Positions 37,008 to 45,261 of a DNA stretch of 51,545 nt are shown one piece after another. Source of the DNA: Chloroflexota bacterium (GTDB lineage Bacteria > Chloroflexota > Limnocylindria > Limnocylindrales > Limnocylindraceae); NCBI GenBank assembly GCA_038145565.1, contig JAYQPX010000001.1, forward strand, positions 74,255 through 125,799, written 5' to 3'. The notes below the pieces were generated by a model. That model did not search any database. It saw nothing but the letters and a program-made list of their open reading frames with translations, and was not told the origin of the DNA. Numbering within the stretch: position 1 is the stretch's first letter; each line of letters opens with the position of its first letter. The translations under genes and the position numbers were made by a program.

Positions 37008-38306
37008 CTAGCGCCGCGCGGCGACGGCCGCTGCAGCCTCGGCGAAGATACGCACCGCCGTCTTGATCTCTTCGGCGTTGACGACGAGTGGTGGGCTCAT
37101 GCGCACACCGCGATCGCCGCACGTCAGGACGAGAAGTCCGCGCTTGAACGCCTCCACCTCAACGTCTGCCGCCGCGTCTCCATCCACAAAGTCGACGCCG
37201 ATCATCAGGCCAATGCCGCGAATGTCAGTGACGATGCTGTTCCCCTTGAGCGACGCGCGCAGGCCATCGACGGCCTCCTTGCCGCGCGCCACCGCGTTCT
37301 CCATCAGCTTTTCGTCGCGGATCACGTCAAGCGTCGCGATCGCCGCTGCGGCAGCAACCGGGTTTCCACCAAACGTCGAGCCGTGGGAGCCAGGCTTCCA
37401 TCGCATCCAGTGCTCCTTCGCAATCACCGCGCCGATCGGCATGCCAGAGCCGAGCCCCTTCGCGGTTGCAACGATGTCTGGCTCAATGCCAAAGTGTTCG
37501 ATCGCCCACATCTTGCCAGTGCGGCCAACGCCAGACTGAACTTCGTCAACAACGATCGCAATGCAGTACTTGTCCGCAATCTGCTTGAGACGCGGGAAGA
37601 AGTCCTCATCTGGAACGACGTAGCCGCCCTCGCCCTGGACCGGTTCCACCACGAACGCAGCAATCTCGTCACCCGGAATGGTGCGCGCAATGATCCGCTC
37701 TTCGAGTTCGTCGAGACCCTCACTGCCGAACGGGACATGGAGGAAGCCTGGCGCGAGTGGGCCGAAGTGTGCGTGGTACTTCGCCTTTGAGTTGGTGAGG
37801 GTCAGCGCGCCGAGGGTGCGTCCGTGGAATCCGCCAACAAATCCAACGATCCACTGTCGGCCACTCATGTAGCGCGCCAACTTGATGGACGCCTCTACCG
37901 CCTCGGTTCCCGAATTCTGAAGAAGAACCTTTGATGGCCCCTTCCATGGTGCGGACGCGGCGAGCGCGCTGGCAAGCTCCTGGTAGCGCTCTTCGTAGAA
38001 GTCGGAGGCGCTGTAATGGATGAGTCGCTGCGCCTGCTGCACGATCGCATCAACGACGCGCGGATGGCAGTGGCCCGTAGAGTTCACGGCGATGCCTGCG
38101 CAGAAGTCAAGGAAGACGTTCCCGTCTTGGTCTTCAACGCCCATGCCGAAGCCACGGACCGGCGCAAACGGGTAGGCGCGTGGCAGGCTGTTGGAAACCA
38201 CCGCCTGGTCGGCGGCTACCTGGGCGAGTGCCTTCGGCCCTGGCACCTCGGTGACGAGGTGAGGGAGGCTCGCTGGCCACGCCTGGGGCTTCTCAATCAC
38301 GGTCAT
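37008..38306 (-). CDS. Class-III omega-aminotransferase (GabT/ornithine aminotransferase-like)
   Basis: Motifs PGPKA, DFCAGIAV, NSGTEAVE, FHGRT, EPVQGEGGY, DEVQSG, TAKG and HGSTFGGNP. Confidence 0.9.
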   Translation of the reverse strand: MTVIEKPQAWPASLPHLVTEVPGPKALAQVAADQAVVSNSLPRAYPFAPVRGFGMGVEDQDGNVFLDFCAGIAVNSTGHCHPRVVDAIVQQAQRLIHYSASDFYEERYQELASALAASAPWKGPSKVLLQNSGTEAVEASIKLARYMSGRQWIVGFVGGFHGRTLGALTLTNSKAKYHAHFGPLAPGFLHVPFGSEGLDELEERIIARTIPGDEIAAFVVEPVQGEGGYVVPDEDFFPRLKQIADKYCIAIVVDEVQSGVGRTGKMWAIEHFGIEPDIVATAKGLGSGMPIGAVIAKEHWMRWKPGSHGSTFGGNPVAAAAAIATLDVIRDEKLMENAVARGKEAVDGLRASLKGNSIVTDIRGIGLMIGVDFVDGDAAADVEVEAFKRGLLVLTCGDRGVRMSPPLVVNAEEIKTAVRIFAEAAAAVAARR

Positions 38307-38322
38307 CTCAGCCTCCTATTGG

Positions 38323-38366
38323 ATACGTCGTATGCGAAGTGTATACGAGGGGGTAGGCCCCTCGTA
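38323..38366 (-). promoter_or_regulatory. Internal promoter/operator region: 9-bp inverted repeat, TACACT -10 and ATACG-N-CGTAT palindrome
   Basis: TACGAGGGG/CCCCTCGTA at 38344-38366; minus-strand TACACT at 38338-38343; ATACGTCGTAT at 38323-38333. Confidence 0.55.
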
Positions 38367-38400
38367 ACCCCTCCTTCGTGCGGGCCGCTGACCGATTTTG

Positions 38401-39966
38401 CTAGCGAACGATCGTCTGGCTCTGCTCGCGCAGGTACTGCTGCACGTAATAGAGACCGCCGCCGGACTTCCCTGTGGTGCCCGACTTCTTCCAGCCGCCG
38501 AATGGCTGGACCATTGGCCAGGCGCCCGTAGTGGAGCCGGCGCGGCGATTCACGTAGATCACACCGCCGTGGATCGTGTCAAGGAAGGTGCGGATCTCCT
38601 TCTCGTCTTCGGTGAAGCAGCCCGCCGTGAGGGCGTACTCGCTCTCGTTCGCAAGAGCGATCCCTTCCTCGAAGGAGCTGACCTTGGTCACCGCGACAAA
38701 CGGAACGAAGAGCTCATCCTTGAAGAGCCGATGCGTTGCAGGGAGTCCGCTGACCACCGTTGGGGCAACGTAGAATCCCTTCGCAAGATCGCCGTCGGTC
38801 AGTCGACCGCCACCAACCTCAATCTTTCCATCGCGCTTCGCCTCATCGCAGGCTGCGAGGAAGGTGTCTACGGACCGTTGATTGATGATTGGCCCAAGGA
38901 AGACGCCGCGCACCGTTGGATCGCCAACCTTCAACGCCTTTGTCTTCTCAACGAGCAGCTTCACAAACTCGTCGTGCACGGAGTCCTCAACGTAGACGCG
39001 GCTGTTGGCCGAGCACTTCTGCCCGCCGAGTCCAAAGGCTGAACGCATCACGCCCTCCGCCGCCTTCTCAAGGTCAGCGTGCTTGGAGATGATCGTCGGA
39101 TTCTTTCCGCCCATCTCAACAATGACTGGCTTCGGATAGTTCTTCGCAAATGAACGGAAGACCTGCATCCCAACTTCAGATGAACCGGTGAAGGTGATCC
39201 CCGCAACATCTGGGTTCTCCTGAAGCTCAGCGCCGACGCTGTCGCCAGGTCCCATCACCATGTTGAAGACGCCGTCAGGAATGCCCGCGTCCTTGATGGC
39301 GCGTGCAAGCAGCACCGCAGAGAGCGGTGCGTCAGATGATGGTTTGAGGACAACCGTGTTGCCGGCAACGAGGGCACCGCCGACTGGGCCGCCCATCAGC
39401 GCGAACGGGAAGTTGAACGGGCTGATCACCGCCCAAACGCCATACGGCTTCAACACCGTGAGCGTCTCGACCTTTGCATCACCGAGGTTCCCCATCGGAT
39501 GTACATAGCCCTTGTTGCGCTCGACCTCACTTGCGTAGATGCGGAAGAAGTCGGCCGTCTCTTCAACGTCGCCAAGCGCCTCCAGGCGATTCTTCCCCAC
39601 CTCAATGGAGAGAAGTGCGGAGTAGAGGAACTGTCGATCGCTGATCAACTCTGCCGCGGCACGAATCAGCTTGACGCGCTCCTCCCACGGCCGCGCCGAC
39701 CAGGCAGGAAACGCAGCCTTGGCTGCTGCGATCGCACTCTTCGCAGTGTTGCGATCGCCCTTCGCGAAGGTTCCAACAATGGAGCCATCAATCGGCGTGC
39801 GCTTCTCGAAGGTCGGACCGTCAGTCAGCCACTTTCCATTCACGAAGTTGCCGTAGCTCGCGCCAAGAAGGGTACGCGCCTCGGCGAGACCCGCCTCATA
39901 CCCCTTATGGATCTCCTCGTTGGAGTCGGAGAGGGTGGCGTACGTGATCTTCAACTTCTCGGCCAT
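38401..39966 (-). CDS. Aldehyde dehydrogenase, P5C/glutamate-semialdehyde dehydrogenase (RocA/PruA)-like
   Basis: Motifs ISPFNFP, FTGS, EMGGKN, SAFG..GQKCSA, NR...TTGA and QPFGGWK.SG. Confidence 0.88.
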   Translation of the reverse strand: MAEKLKITYATLSDSNEEIHKGYEAGLAEARTLLGASYGNFVNGKWLTDGPTFEKRTPIDGSIVGTFAKGDRNTAKSAIAAAKAAFPAWSARPWEERVKLIRAAAELISDRQFLYSALLSIEVGKNRLEALGDVEETADFFRIYASEVERNKGYVHPMGNLGDAKVETLTVLKPYGVWAVISPFNFPFALMGGPVGGALVAGNTVVLKPSSDAPLSAVLLARAIKDAGIPDGVFNMVMGPGDSVGAELQENPDVAGITFTGSSEVGMQVFRSFAKNYPKPVIVEMGGKNPTIISKHADLEKAAEGVMRSAFGLGGQKCSANSRVYVEDSVHDEFVKLLVEKTKALKVGDPTVRGVFLGPIINQRSVDTFLAACDEAKRDGKIEVGGGRLTDGDLAKGFYVAPTVVSGLPATHRLFKDELFVPFVAVTKVSSFEEGIALANESEYALTAGCFTEDEKEIRTFLDTIHGGVIYVNRRAGSTTGAWPMVQPFGGWKKSGTTGKSGGGLYYVQQYLREQSQTIVR

Positions 39967-40044
39967 GGGTCCGTCCTTATCTGCTGCTGGCGCAAGAGGT
40001 GCGCCACTCCCCGCGAGTCTACCCCCCTCCCCCCGCTCTGCGCG

Positions 40045-40500
40045 CTAGGAGACCTGCGAAGCGCGGCAGGCGGCGCACAGCCCCTGCAACGAGAGGTGAT
40101 CAAGGTCGGCGCTGAAGCCGGTCGCAGATGCGATCGACTTCAAGATTGGCGCCGCAGCCGCGGCATCCAGCTCTTGCTCAGTCCCGCAGCCGCGGCAGTG
40201 GAGGTGACCGTGCTCCACCGTCTCTTCTAAGTGATACGTCTCGCGCCCATCGGGTCCGTGGTGGTGCCGCGCGAGGCCGAGCTCCTCAAGTAGGTCGAGC
40301 GTGCGATACACGGTAGAAGGGGTCGCGCTCGGGTCCTGTTCTCGCACCCGCTCAATGAGTTCTGCACCGGTCGCGTGCCCATCTGAGGCGGCAAGGACGT
40401 CCACGATTATCTGTCGCTGCTCCGTCCAGCGCTGTCCACGCCCCTTCAGCGCGACCTGAAGCCGCTCGGTCAGACCCTCTCCCGCTCGTTCCGTTGCCAT
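40045..40500 (-). CDS. Fur-family metalloregulator (Nur-like)
   Basis: Motifs T.QR, HAT, STVYRTLDLLEELGL, H.HL.CRGCG and GLCAAC. ATG 40500 follows a TATCCT -10. Confidence 0.9.
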   Translation of the reverse strand: MATERAGEGLTERLQVALKGRGQRWTEQRQIIVDVLAASDGHATGAELIERVREQDPSATPSTVYRTLDLLEELGLARHHHGPDGRETYHLEETVEHGHLHCRGCGTEQELDAAAAAPILKSIASATGFSADLDHLSLQGLCAACRASQVS

Positions 40501-40506
40501 CTCGGT

Positions 40507-40545
40507 AGGATAGGGGGTGCTTATTGCAACGTGTTGCGATAGACT
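40507..40545. promoter_or_regulatory. Divergent promoter with a 9-2-9 palindromic operator
   Basis: TATTGCAAC-GT-GTTGCGATA (40522-40541, one mismatch) between TATCCT (minus, 40507-40512) and TAGACT (plus, 40540-40545). Confidence 0.75.
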
Positions 40546-40551
40546 CACGGC

Positions 40552-41502
40552 ATGAGACCAAACCTCCACATCCCCGACGGCTTCCTTGCCCCAGAGGTGT
40601 CGATCGCACTCTGGGTGGCAACTGTCGCGGTCATCGGGATCGCCCTACGACGCATCGCAACGGAGCGCACGAACGCCCCTGCGCGCACCGTCCTGATGGG
40701 GATCGCTGGCGCATTCATCTTCGCCGCGCAGATGTTCAACTTCCCCGTCGCCGCTGGTACGAGTGGCCACCTTCTTGGTGGCGTGCTTGCGGGCGTGCTG
40801 CTCGGTCCATGGGCGGGGAGCATCGTGATGGCAACCGTGATTGGCATCCAGGCACTCCTCTTTCAAGACGGGGGGCTCCTGGTGCTCGGCGCAAACATCT
40901 TAAACATGGGCGTGATTGGCACGCTCGGCGGATCGCTTGTCGCGCGCGGTACCTCCGAAGTGCTCGGTGGCGGGCGTCGAGGGCAGTTTGCAGGCGTCGG
41001 ATTCGCCGCGTGGCTTTCGGTCATGGCGGCAGCCGGATTCACCACGTTGCAGCTCGGCATCTCAGGAACCACTGACGTTGGCATTGGCCTCCCCGCGATG
41101 CTTGGGACCCATGCACTTATCGGCGTCGGTGAAGCACTGATCACCATCGGCGCGATCGGATTCATCCGCGCAAGTGCACCAGACATCTTGAGTGCGCGCA
41201 CATCCGAGCGAAGTGCATCAGCGCCACGTCGCATTGCGCTCGGTTCAGTGATCGCGCTGATCACGGTGGGCCTTGCGGCTCTTTTTGCGTCGGCGAGCCC
41301 TGATGGACTTGAGCGCGTCGCAGAAGATCTCGGATTCCTGGACCAGGGACAGGGAGCAGCGTTCGAATTGTTGCCGGACTACACCATTCCAGGAATTGAT
41401 GGCACCGTTTCCACGATTCTGGCGGGTGCCGTTGGAGTCGGGATCGTGGTGGTGATCCTTCTCCTACTCGGACGAGTTGCGGCACGACGCCGTTCGGCGT
41501 AG
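40552..41502 (+). CDS. cbiM: ECF Ni/Co transporter S component CbiM/NikM fused to a PDGLE (NikN-like) domain
   Basis: Motifs HIPDGFL, FIFAAQM.NFP, GTSGHLLG, QALLFQDGG, NILNMG, H.LIG.GE, ASASPDGLE and PDY. Confidence 0.9.
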   Translation: MRPNLHIPDGFLAPEVSIALWVATVAVIGIALRRIATERTNAPARTVLMGIAGAFIFAAQMFNFPVAAGTSGHLLGGVLAGVLLGPWAGSIVMATVIGIQALLFQDGGLLVLGANILNMGVIGTLGGSLVARGTSEVLGGGRRGQFAGVGFAAWLSVMAAAGFTTLQLGISGTTDVGIGLPAMLGTHALIGVGEALITIGAIGFIRASAPDILSARTSERSASAPRRIALGSVIALITVGLAALFASASPDGLERVAEDLGFLDQGQGAAFELLPDYTIPGIDGTVSTILAGAVGVGIVVVILLLLGRVAARRRSA

Positions 41503-41505
41503 CGG

Positions 41506-42282
41506 ATGATCGCAACCGGCCGGCAAGATGCACGCGCGGCGATCTTCACCACGCTGCTCGTGATGCTTGCAGTTGCACTCCTCCCAACGGGGAGCTATCT
41601 CGCGTATCTGTTCGTCTGGCTCGCGGTGGCGACCGTCGCCGCACTCAACAGGATCGCGCCCGCGCAGATCGCGCGACGCGCACTCGTTGCGCTCCCGTTC
41701 GTCGTTGCGGCACTCCCCCTCCTCTTCACCCGGAGTGACGAGATCATCTGGGCGGGCGAGTTGGGGGCGCTCAGCCTCAGCGTGAGCGGTGCCGGTCTGC
41801 GCATCATCCTGACGACGGCGCTTAAGGCGTGGATCTCTGTCCAGGTTGCGTTGATCCTGGTCAAGCTCTACCCAATTGAGAGCATCGTCGGGTCGCTTCG
41901 CGCGCTCAAGCTCCCTGACACGATTGCAACAAGTGCGGGACTCACCATTCGCTACCTCGACCTGCTTCGCAACGAGGCGACACGGATGCTGCGCGCGCGC
42001 TCCTCTCGCTCGGCAAGTCCCGTCGGCGAGACGCGCGAGCGCGCCGGCGGCTCGATTCCGTGGCGTGCTCGAGTCACGGGGAATCTCGCTGGCGCACTCT
42101 TCCTGCGCGCGTATTCCCGCGCCGCGCGCGTCGAGGAGGCGGCAACGGCGCGTGGAGCGCGCGGCTCGCTCTCGTTCGGTGGACTGCAACAGTCCGACCC
42201 TCGCATCGTGCAGAAGGCTGCCCTTGCCCTGGTCGCATGTGCGCTGATCAGCGCCGCCGGCGCGCTTCTGCCAAGGTTCTGA
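41506..42282 (+). CDS. cbiQ: ECF transporter T component
   Basis: Multiple TM helices, RYL.LL..E..RM.RARSSR, G.LFLRAY.RA.RV..A..ARG. Operon position. Confidence 0.88.
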   Translation: MIATGRQDARAAIFTTLLVMLAVALLPTGSYLAYLFVWLAVATVAALNRIAPAQIARRALVALPFVVAALPLLFTRSDEIIWAGELGALSLSVSGAGLRIILTTALKAWISVQVALILVKLYPIESIVGSLRALKLPDTIATSAGLTIRYLDLLRNEATRMLRARSSRSASPVGETRERAGGSIPWRARVTGNLAGALFLRAYSRAARVEEAATARGARGSLSFGGLQQSDPRIVQKAALALVACALISAAGALLPRF

Positions 42283-42283
42283 G

Positions 42284-43081
42284 ATGAGCAGCGTGAGCAC
42301 CCACAGCCACTCGCATGCAGGGCTCCCCGCCGCACATGCGCACCCGCACGCTCACGACGGCGAGCCGACCGGTGATGACCACTGGGTGCACCTCGAGCAC
42401 CTTCACTTCCGATATCCCGACGGCACCGAAGCGCTCCGTGGGATTGACATGCACATTGCGCGCGGCGAAAAGGTGGCGCTCCTCGGGCCGAACGGTGCAG
42501 GGAAGAGCACGCTGATGTTGCATCTGAACGGGATCTACCGACCAAGCCATGGAAGTGTGCGCGTTGCAGGAATGAACGTTTCGGATGAGACGATCGGACG
42601 CGTGCGCGCGGAGGTCGGACTCGTCTTCCAAGACCCGGACGATCAACTCTTCTCGCCAACCGTGTGGGAGGACGTGGCCTTTGGTCCAATCCACATGGGG
42701 CTTGACGCTGGTGCGGTGCACGACCGTGTCGAGGCGGCGCTCGCCGCTGTCGGCGCACTCGACCTTGCCACTCGGCCACCCATGCGCCTCTCCATTGGCC
42801 AGCGGAAGCGCGTGGCACTCGCCACCGTGCTCTCCATGGAGCCGAGCATCCTCGTCTTCGACGAACCGTCCGCCGGCCTCGATCCACGTGGGCGCCGCGA
42901 GCTGATTGAACTCCTTGGGACGCTGCGCCAAACGCTCATCGTCAGCACGCACGATCTTGAGCTTGCGCGCGCCGCCTTCTCGCGCAGCATCGTGATGGGC
43001 AGTGGACGCATCGTCGCCGACGCACCAATCGCTGAACTGCTCGGCGATCACGCGCTGCTCCTGCAGCACGGCCTCGCCTAA
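42284..43081 (+). CDS. cbiO: ECF transporter ATPase with His-rich N-terminus
   Basis: Motifs GPNGAGKST, VFQDPDDQLF, LSIGQRKR, FDEP and STHD. Confidence 0.92.
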   Translation: MSSVSTHSHSHAGLPAAHAHPHAHDGEPTGDDHWVHLEHLHFRYPDGTEALRGIDMHIARGEKVALLGPNGAGKSTLMLHLNGIYRPSHGSVRVAGMNVSDETIGRVRAEVGLVFQDPDDQLFSPTVWEDVAFGPIHMGLDAGAVHDRVEAALAAVGALDLATRPPMRLSIGQRKRVALATVLSMEPSILVFDEPSAGLDPRGRRELIELLGTLRQTLIVSTHDLELARAAFSRSIVMGSGRIVADAPIAELLGDHALLLQHGLA

Positions 43082-43095
43082 CGCGCAAATCTCTC

Positions 43096-43947
43096 ATGAA
43101 GAGACTCCGACTCCTTGCCTCACTAGTGTTCGCGCTTTCGGCCGCACTCGTCACTTCCTACGGCGCGCCATCGCTCGCCGTAGGTCTCGCACCGTTGCGT
43201 GGCGTAGCATTCACCTTTGACGATGGGATGAGCGGTCGTGGTATTCGGGAGATCCTTGCAGTTGCCGTTTCCGAACGTGTACCGATCACCTTCTTCCCAA
43301 CCGCGAACTCTCTTCGCAAGTTTCCGCAACTCTGGAGAGAAATCTCTGCGGCTGGATTTGCAATCGGCAACCACACCGCTGGCCATCACTCGCTTCCGAA
43401 CCTCTATGCGGAACACGGGAGGGCGTCGGTTGTTGCCGCAATACGTGACTGGCAGTTCCAGGCACGTGCGATCGGGATTCGAACAATTCCATTCCTCCGC
43501 CCTCCGTATGGAGAGAGGAGCACAGAGACTGACGCGATTGCCGCCTCGGTAGGAATTGACCATGTGGTGAACTGGAGTGCAACGTTTGCCGATACGGCAC
43601 CCCGTTGCAGTGGAACGATCGCACGTCGGCTCGCCCACGCAACGAGGGGTGGCGAGGGGACAATTGTGCTGGGTCACACTGGTGCCAAAGGTCGCGCATA
43701 TGAACCACTGACCGCCCGTATCTTCGCTTTGGCTGTTCGATCGTATCGGGCGCGCAACATCACACCCGTATCATTGGATGTCATGTTCGGAGCACCAAAA
43801 CGCACGATTGATTGGGCACTTGCTGCCACAGCAACGTCCGCGCCGTCAATGTTCGGTAACCCGCGGGTGCCAACCAACACCCCAGTGCCATATTCCAACC
43901 ACGAAATGCAACTCAGTCCCGGAGACGCTGCAGGAATCTGCGGCTAG
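43096..43947 (+). CDS. Secreted polysaccharide deacetylase (CE4/NodB)
   Basis: Signal peptide, then TFDDG, NHTAGH, RPPYG and IVLGH. Confidence 0.85.
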   Translation: MKRLRLLASLVFALSAALVTSYGAPSLAVGLAPLRGVAFTFDDGMSGRGIREILAVAVSERVPITFFPTANSLRKFPQLWREISAAGFAIGNHTAGHHSLPNLYAEHGRASVVAAIRDWQFQARAIGIRTIPFLRPPYGERSTETDAIAASVGIDHVVNWSATFADTAPRCSGTIARRLAHATRGGEGTIVLGHTGAKGRAYEPLTARIFALAVRSYRARNITPVSLDVMFGAPKRTIDWALAATATSAPSMFGNPRVPTNTPVPYSNHEMQLSPGDAAGICG

Positions 43948-45212
43948 CTCTTTCTCACGCGTGCGGCGCGCAAATGCGCGATGCGATCGCGCAGCAGCGC
44001 TTCAGCCCCACTTCCAGAAGGATCGTAGAATCGCTTGGCGCGGATCTCGCTCGGCAGATACTCCTGCACCACGTCAAACGGCTCACCGGCATCGTGTGGC
44101 GACTGATACGTCTTCGCTGCCGCGCGCAGATGTCCTGGCACTGGGAGCTGTCCCGCCGCTGCAATATGTTCACGAGCTGCGGCGAGCGCCTCGCCGGCGC
44201 GCGGTGACTTCGGCGCGGAGGCGAGATACGTCACCGCTTGAGCCAACGCGTAGTCGCACTCTGGAGATCCGGCGAGCTCCACCACCTGCGCCGCTGCCAC
44301 GGCGAGCGGAAGCGCGGCCGGATCGGCGTTCCCAATATCTTCAGAGGCGGAGACAAGTAGTCGTCGCGCAATGATGCGCGGATCCTCGCCCCCTTCGAGC
44401 GCGGTGGCGAGCCACCAGATCGCCGCATCTGGATCGTTGCCACGAATGCTCTTGATCAGCGCCGACGTGACGCCGGACTGGTCATACGGCAGGCTCCGAT
44501 CTTGCGCCGCGAGCAGCACCTCGTTCGGCGTCACGGCGCTCCCTGGGGGCACCATGAGGACGGCAAGGTCGAGCAGCGTCAACATGCGTCGCGCATCCCC
44601 TGCGGCGAACCCAATCAACTGTCGTCGCGCATCCTCATCAACAGAAACCTTGCCGCCAAACCCGCGCGCATCGTCGAGTGCACGCTGAAGCAGTGTGGTG
44701 AGATCTTCTTGGGTGAGTGGTGCCAGGCGGAAGGTGCGCATACGTGAAAGGAGCGCGGGCGAGATGGAACGTGGTGGCGGCTCCGTGGTTGCACCGACCA
44801 AGATGATCGTCCCCGACTCAACATGCGGCAGCAGCGCATCTTGCTGCGTGCGACTGAATCGGTGAAGCTCATCGATAAAGAGGAGCGTCTGTTCACCGTG
44901 TGCACGACGCTCCGCCGCGGCGGCTACCGCCTTCCGCACCTCGGCCACACCGTCGCTGGTTGCAGAGAGGCTGGTGGGAACGGCGCGAACGGCGGCGGCA
45001 ATGACGGCCGCGAGCGTCGACTTGCCGGAGCCTGGCGGCCCCCAGAGGAGTAGTGATGGTGTCTCGCCGCGCTCAAGAAGACGACGCAGCGGCGCACCAG
45101 GACCAATGAGCGCCTCCTGTCCCACCACCTCGTCGATCGTGGCTGGCCGCATCCGCGCGGCGAGAGGCGCCGCAGGGGCGAGCGCGCCGAGAAGCGTTGC
45201 ATCGTTGCTCAT
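43944..45212 (-). CDS. rarA: Replication-associated recombination protein A
   Basis: Motifs PLAARMRP, GPPGSGKS, FIDELHRF, GATTE, SALIKSIRG.DPDAA and SEDIGNADP. Start at ATG 45212. Confidence 0.94.
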   Translation of the reverse strand: MSNDATLLGALAPAAPLAARMRPATIDEVVGQEALIGPGAPLRRLLERGETPSLLLWGPPGSGKSTLAAVIAAAVRAVPTSLSATSDGVAEVRKAVAAAAERRAHGEQTLLFIDELHRFSRTQQDALLPHVESGTIILVGATTEPPPRSISPALLSRMRTFRLAPLTQEDLTTLLQRALDDARGFGGKVSVDEDARRQLIGFAAGDARRMLTLLDLAVLMVPPGSAVTPNEVLLAAQDRSLPYDQSGVTSALIKSIRGNDPDAAIWWLATALEGGEDPRIIARRLLVSASEDIGNADPAALPLAVAAAQVVELAGSPECDYALAQAVTYLASAPKSPRAGEALAAAREHIAAAGQLPVPGHLRAAAKTYQSPHDAGEPFDVVQEYLPSEIRAKRFYDPSGSGAEALLRDRIAHLRAARVRKS

Positions 45213-45261
45213 ACCCCGATCATCGCACCCCATCCGCCTCAGTCGGCTACGCTGCTCGCAG

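Noticed and set aside
40501-40551. Cobalamin or NiCo riboswitch upstream of cbiM
   Set aside because: The gap is only 51 bp, the gene appears leaderless, and no B12-box is present.
36858-43069. Long antisense or alternate-frame ORFs (e.g. 36858-37790, 41464-42300, 41952-42887, 42248-43069)
   Set aside because: Shadow ORFs expected at high GC opposite well-supported genes; no recognisable motifs.
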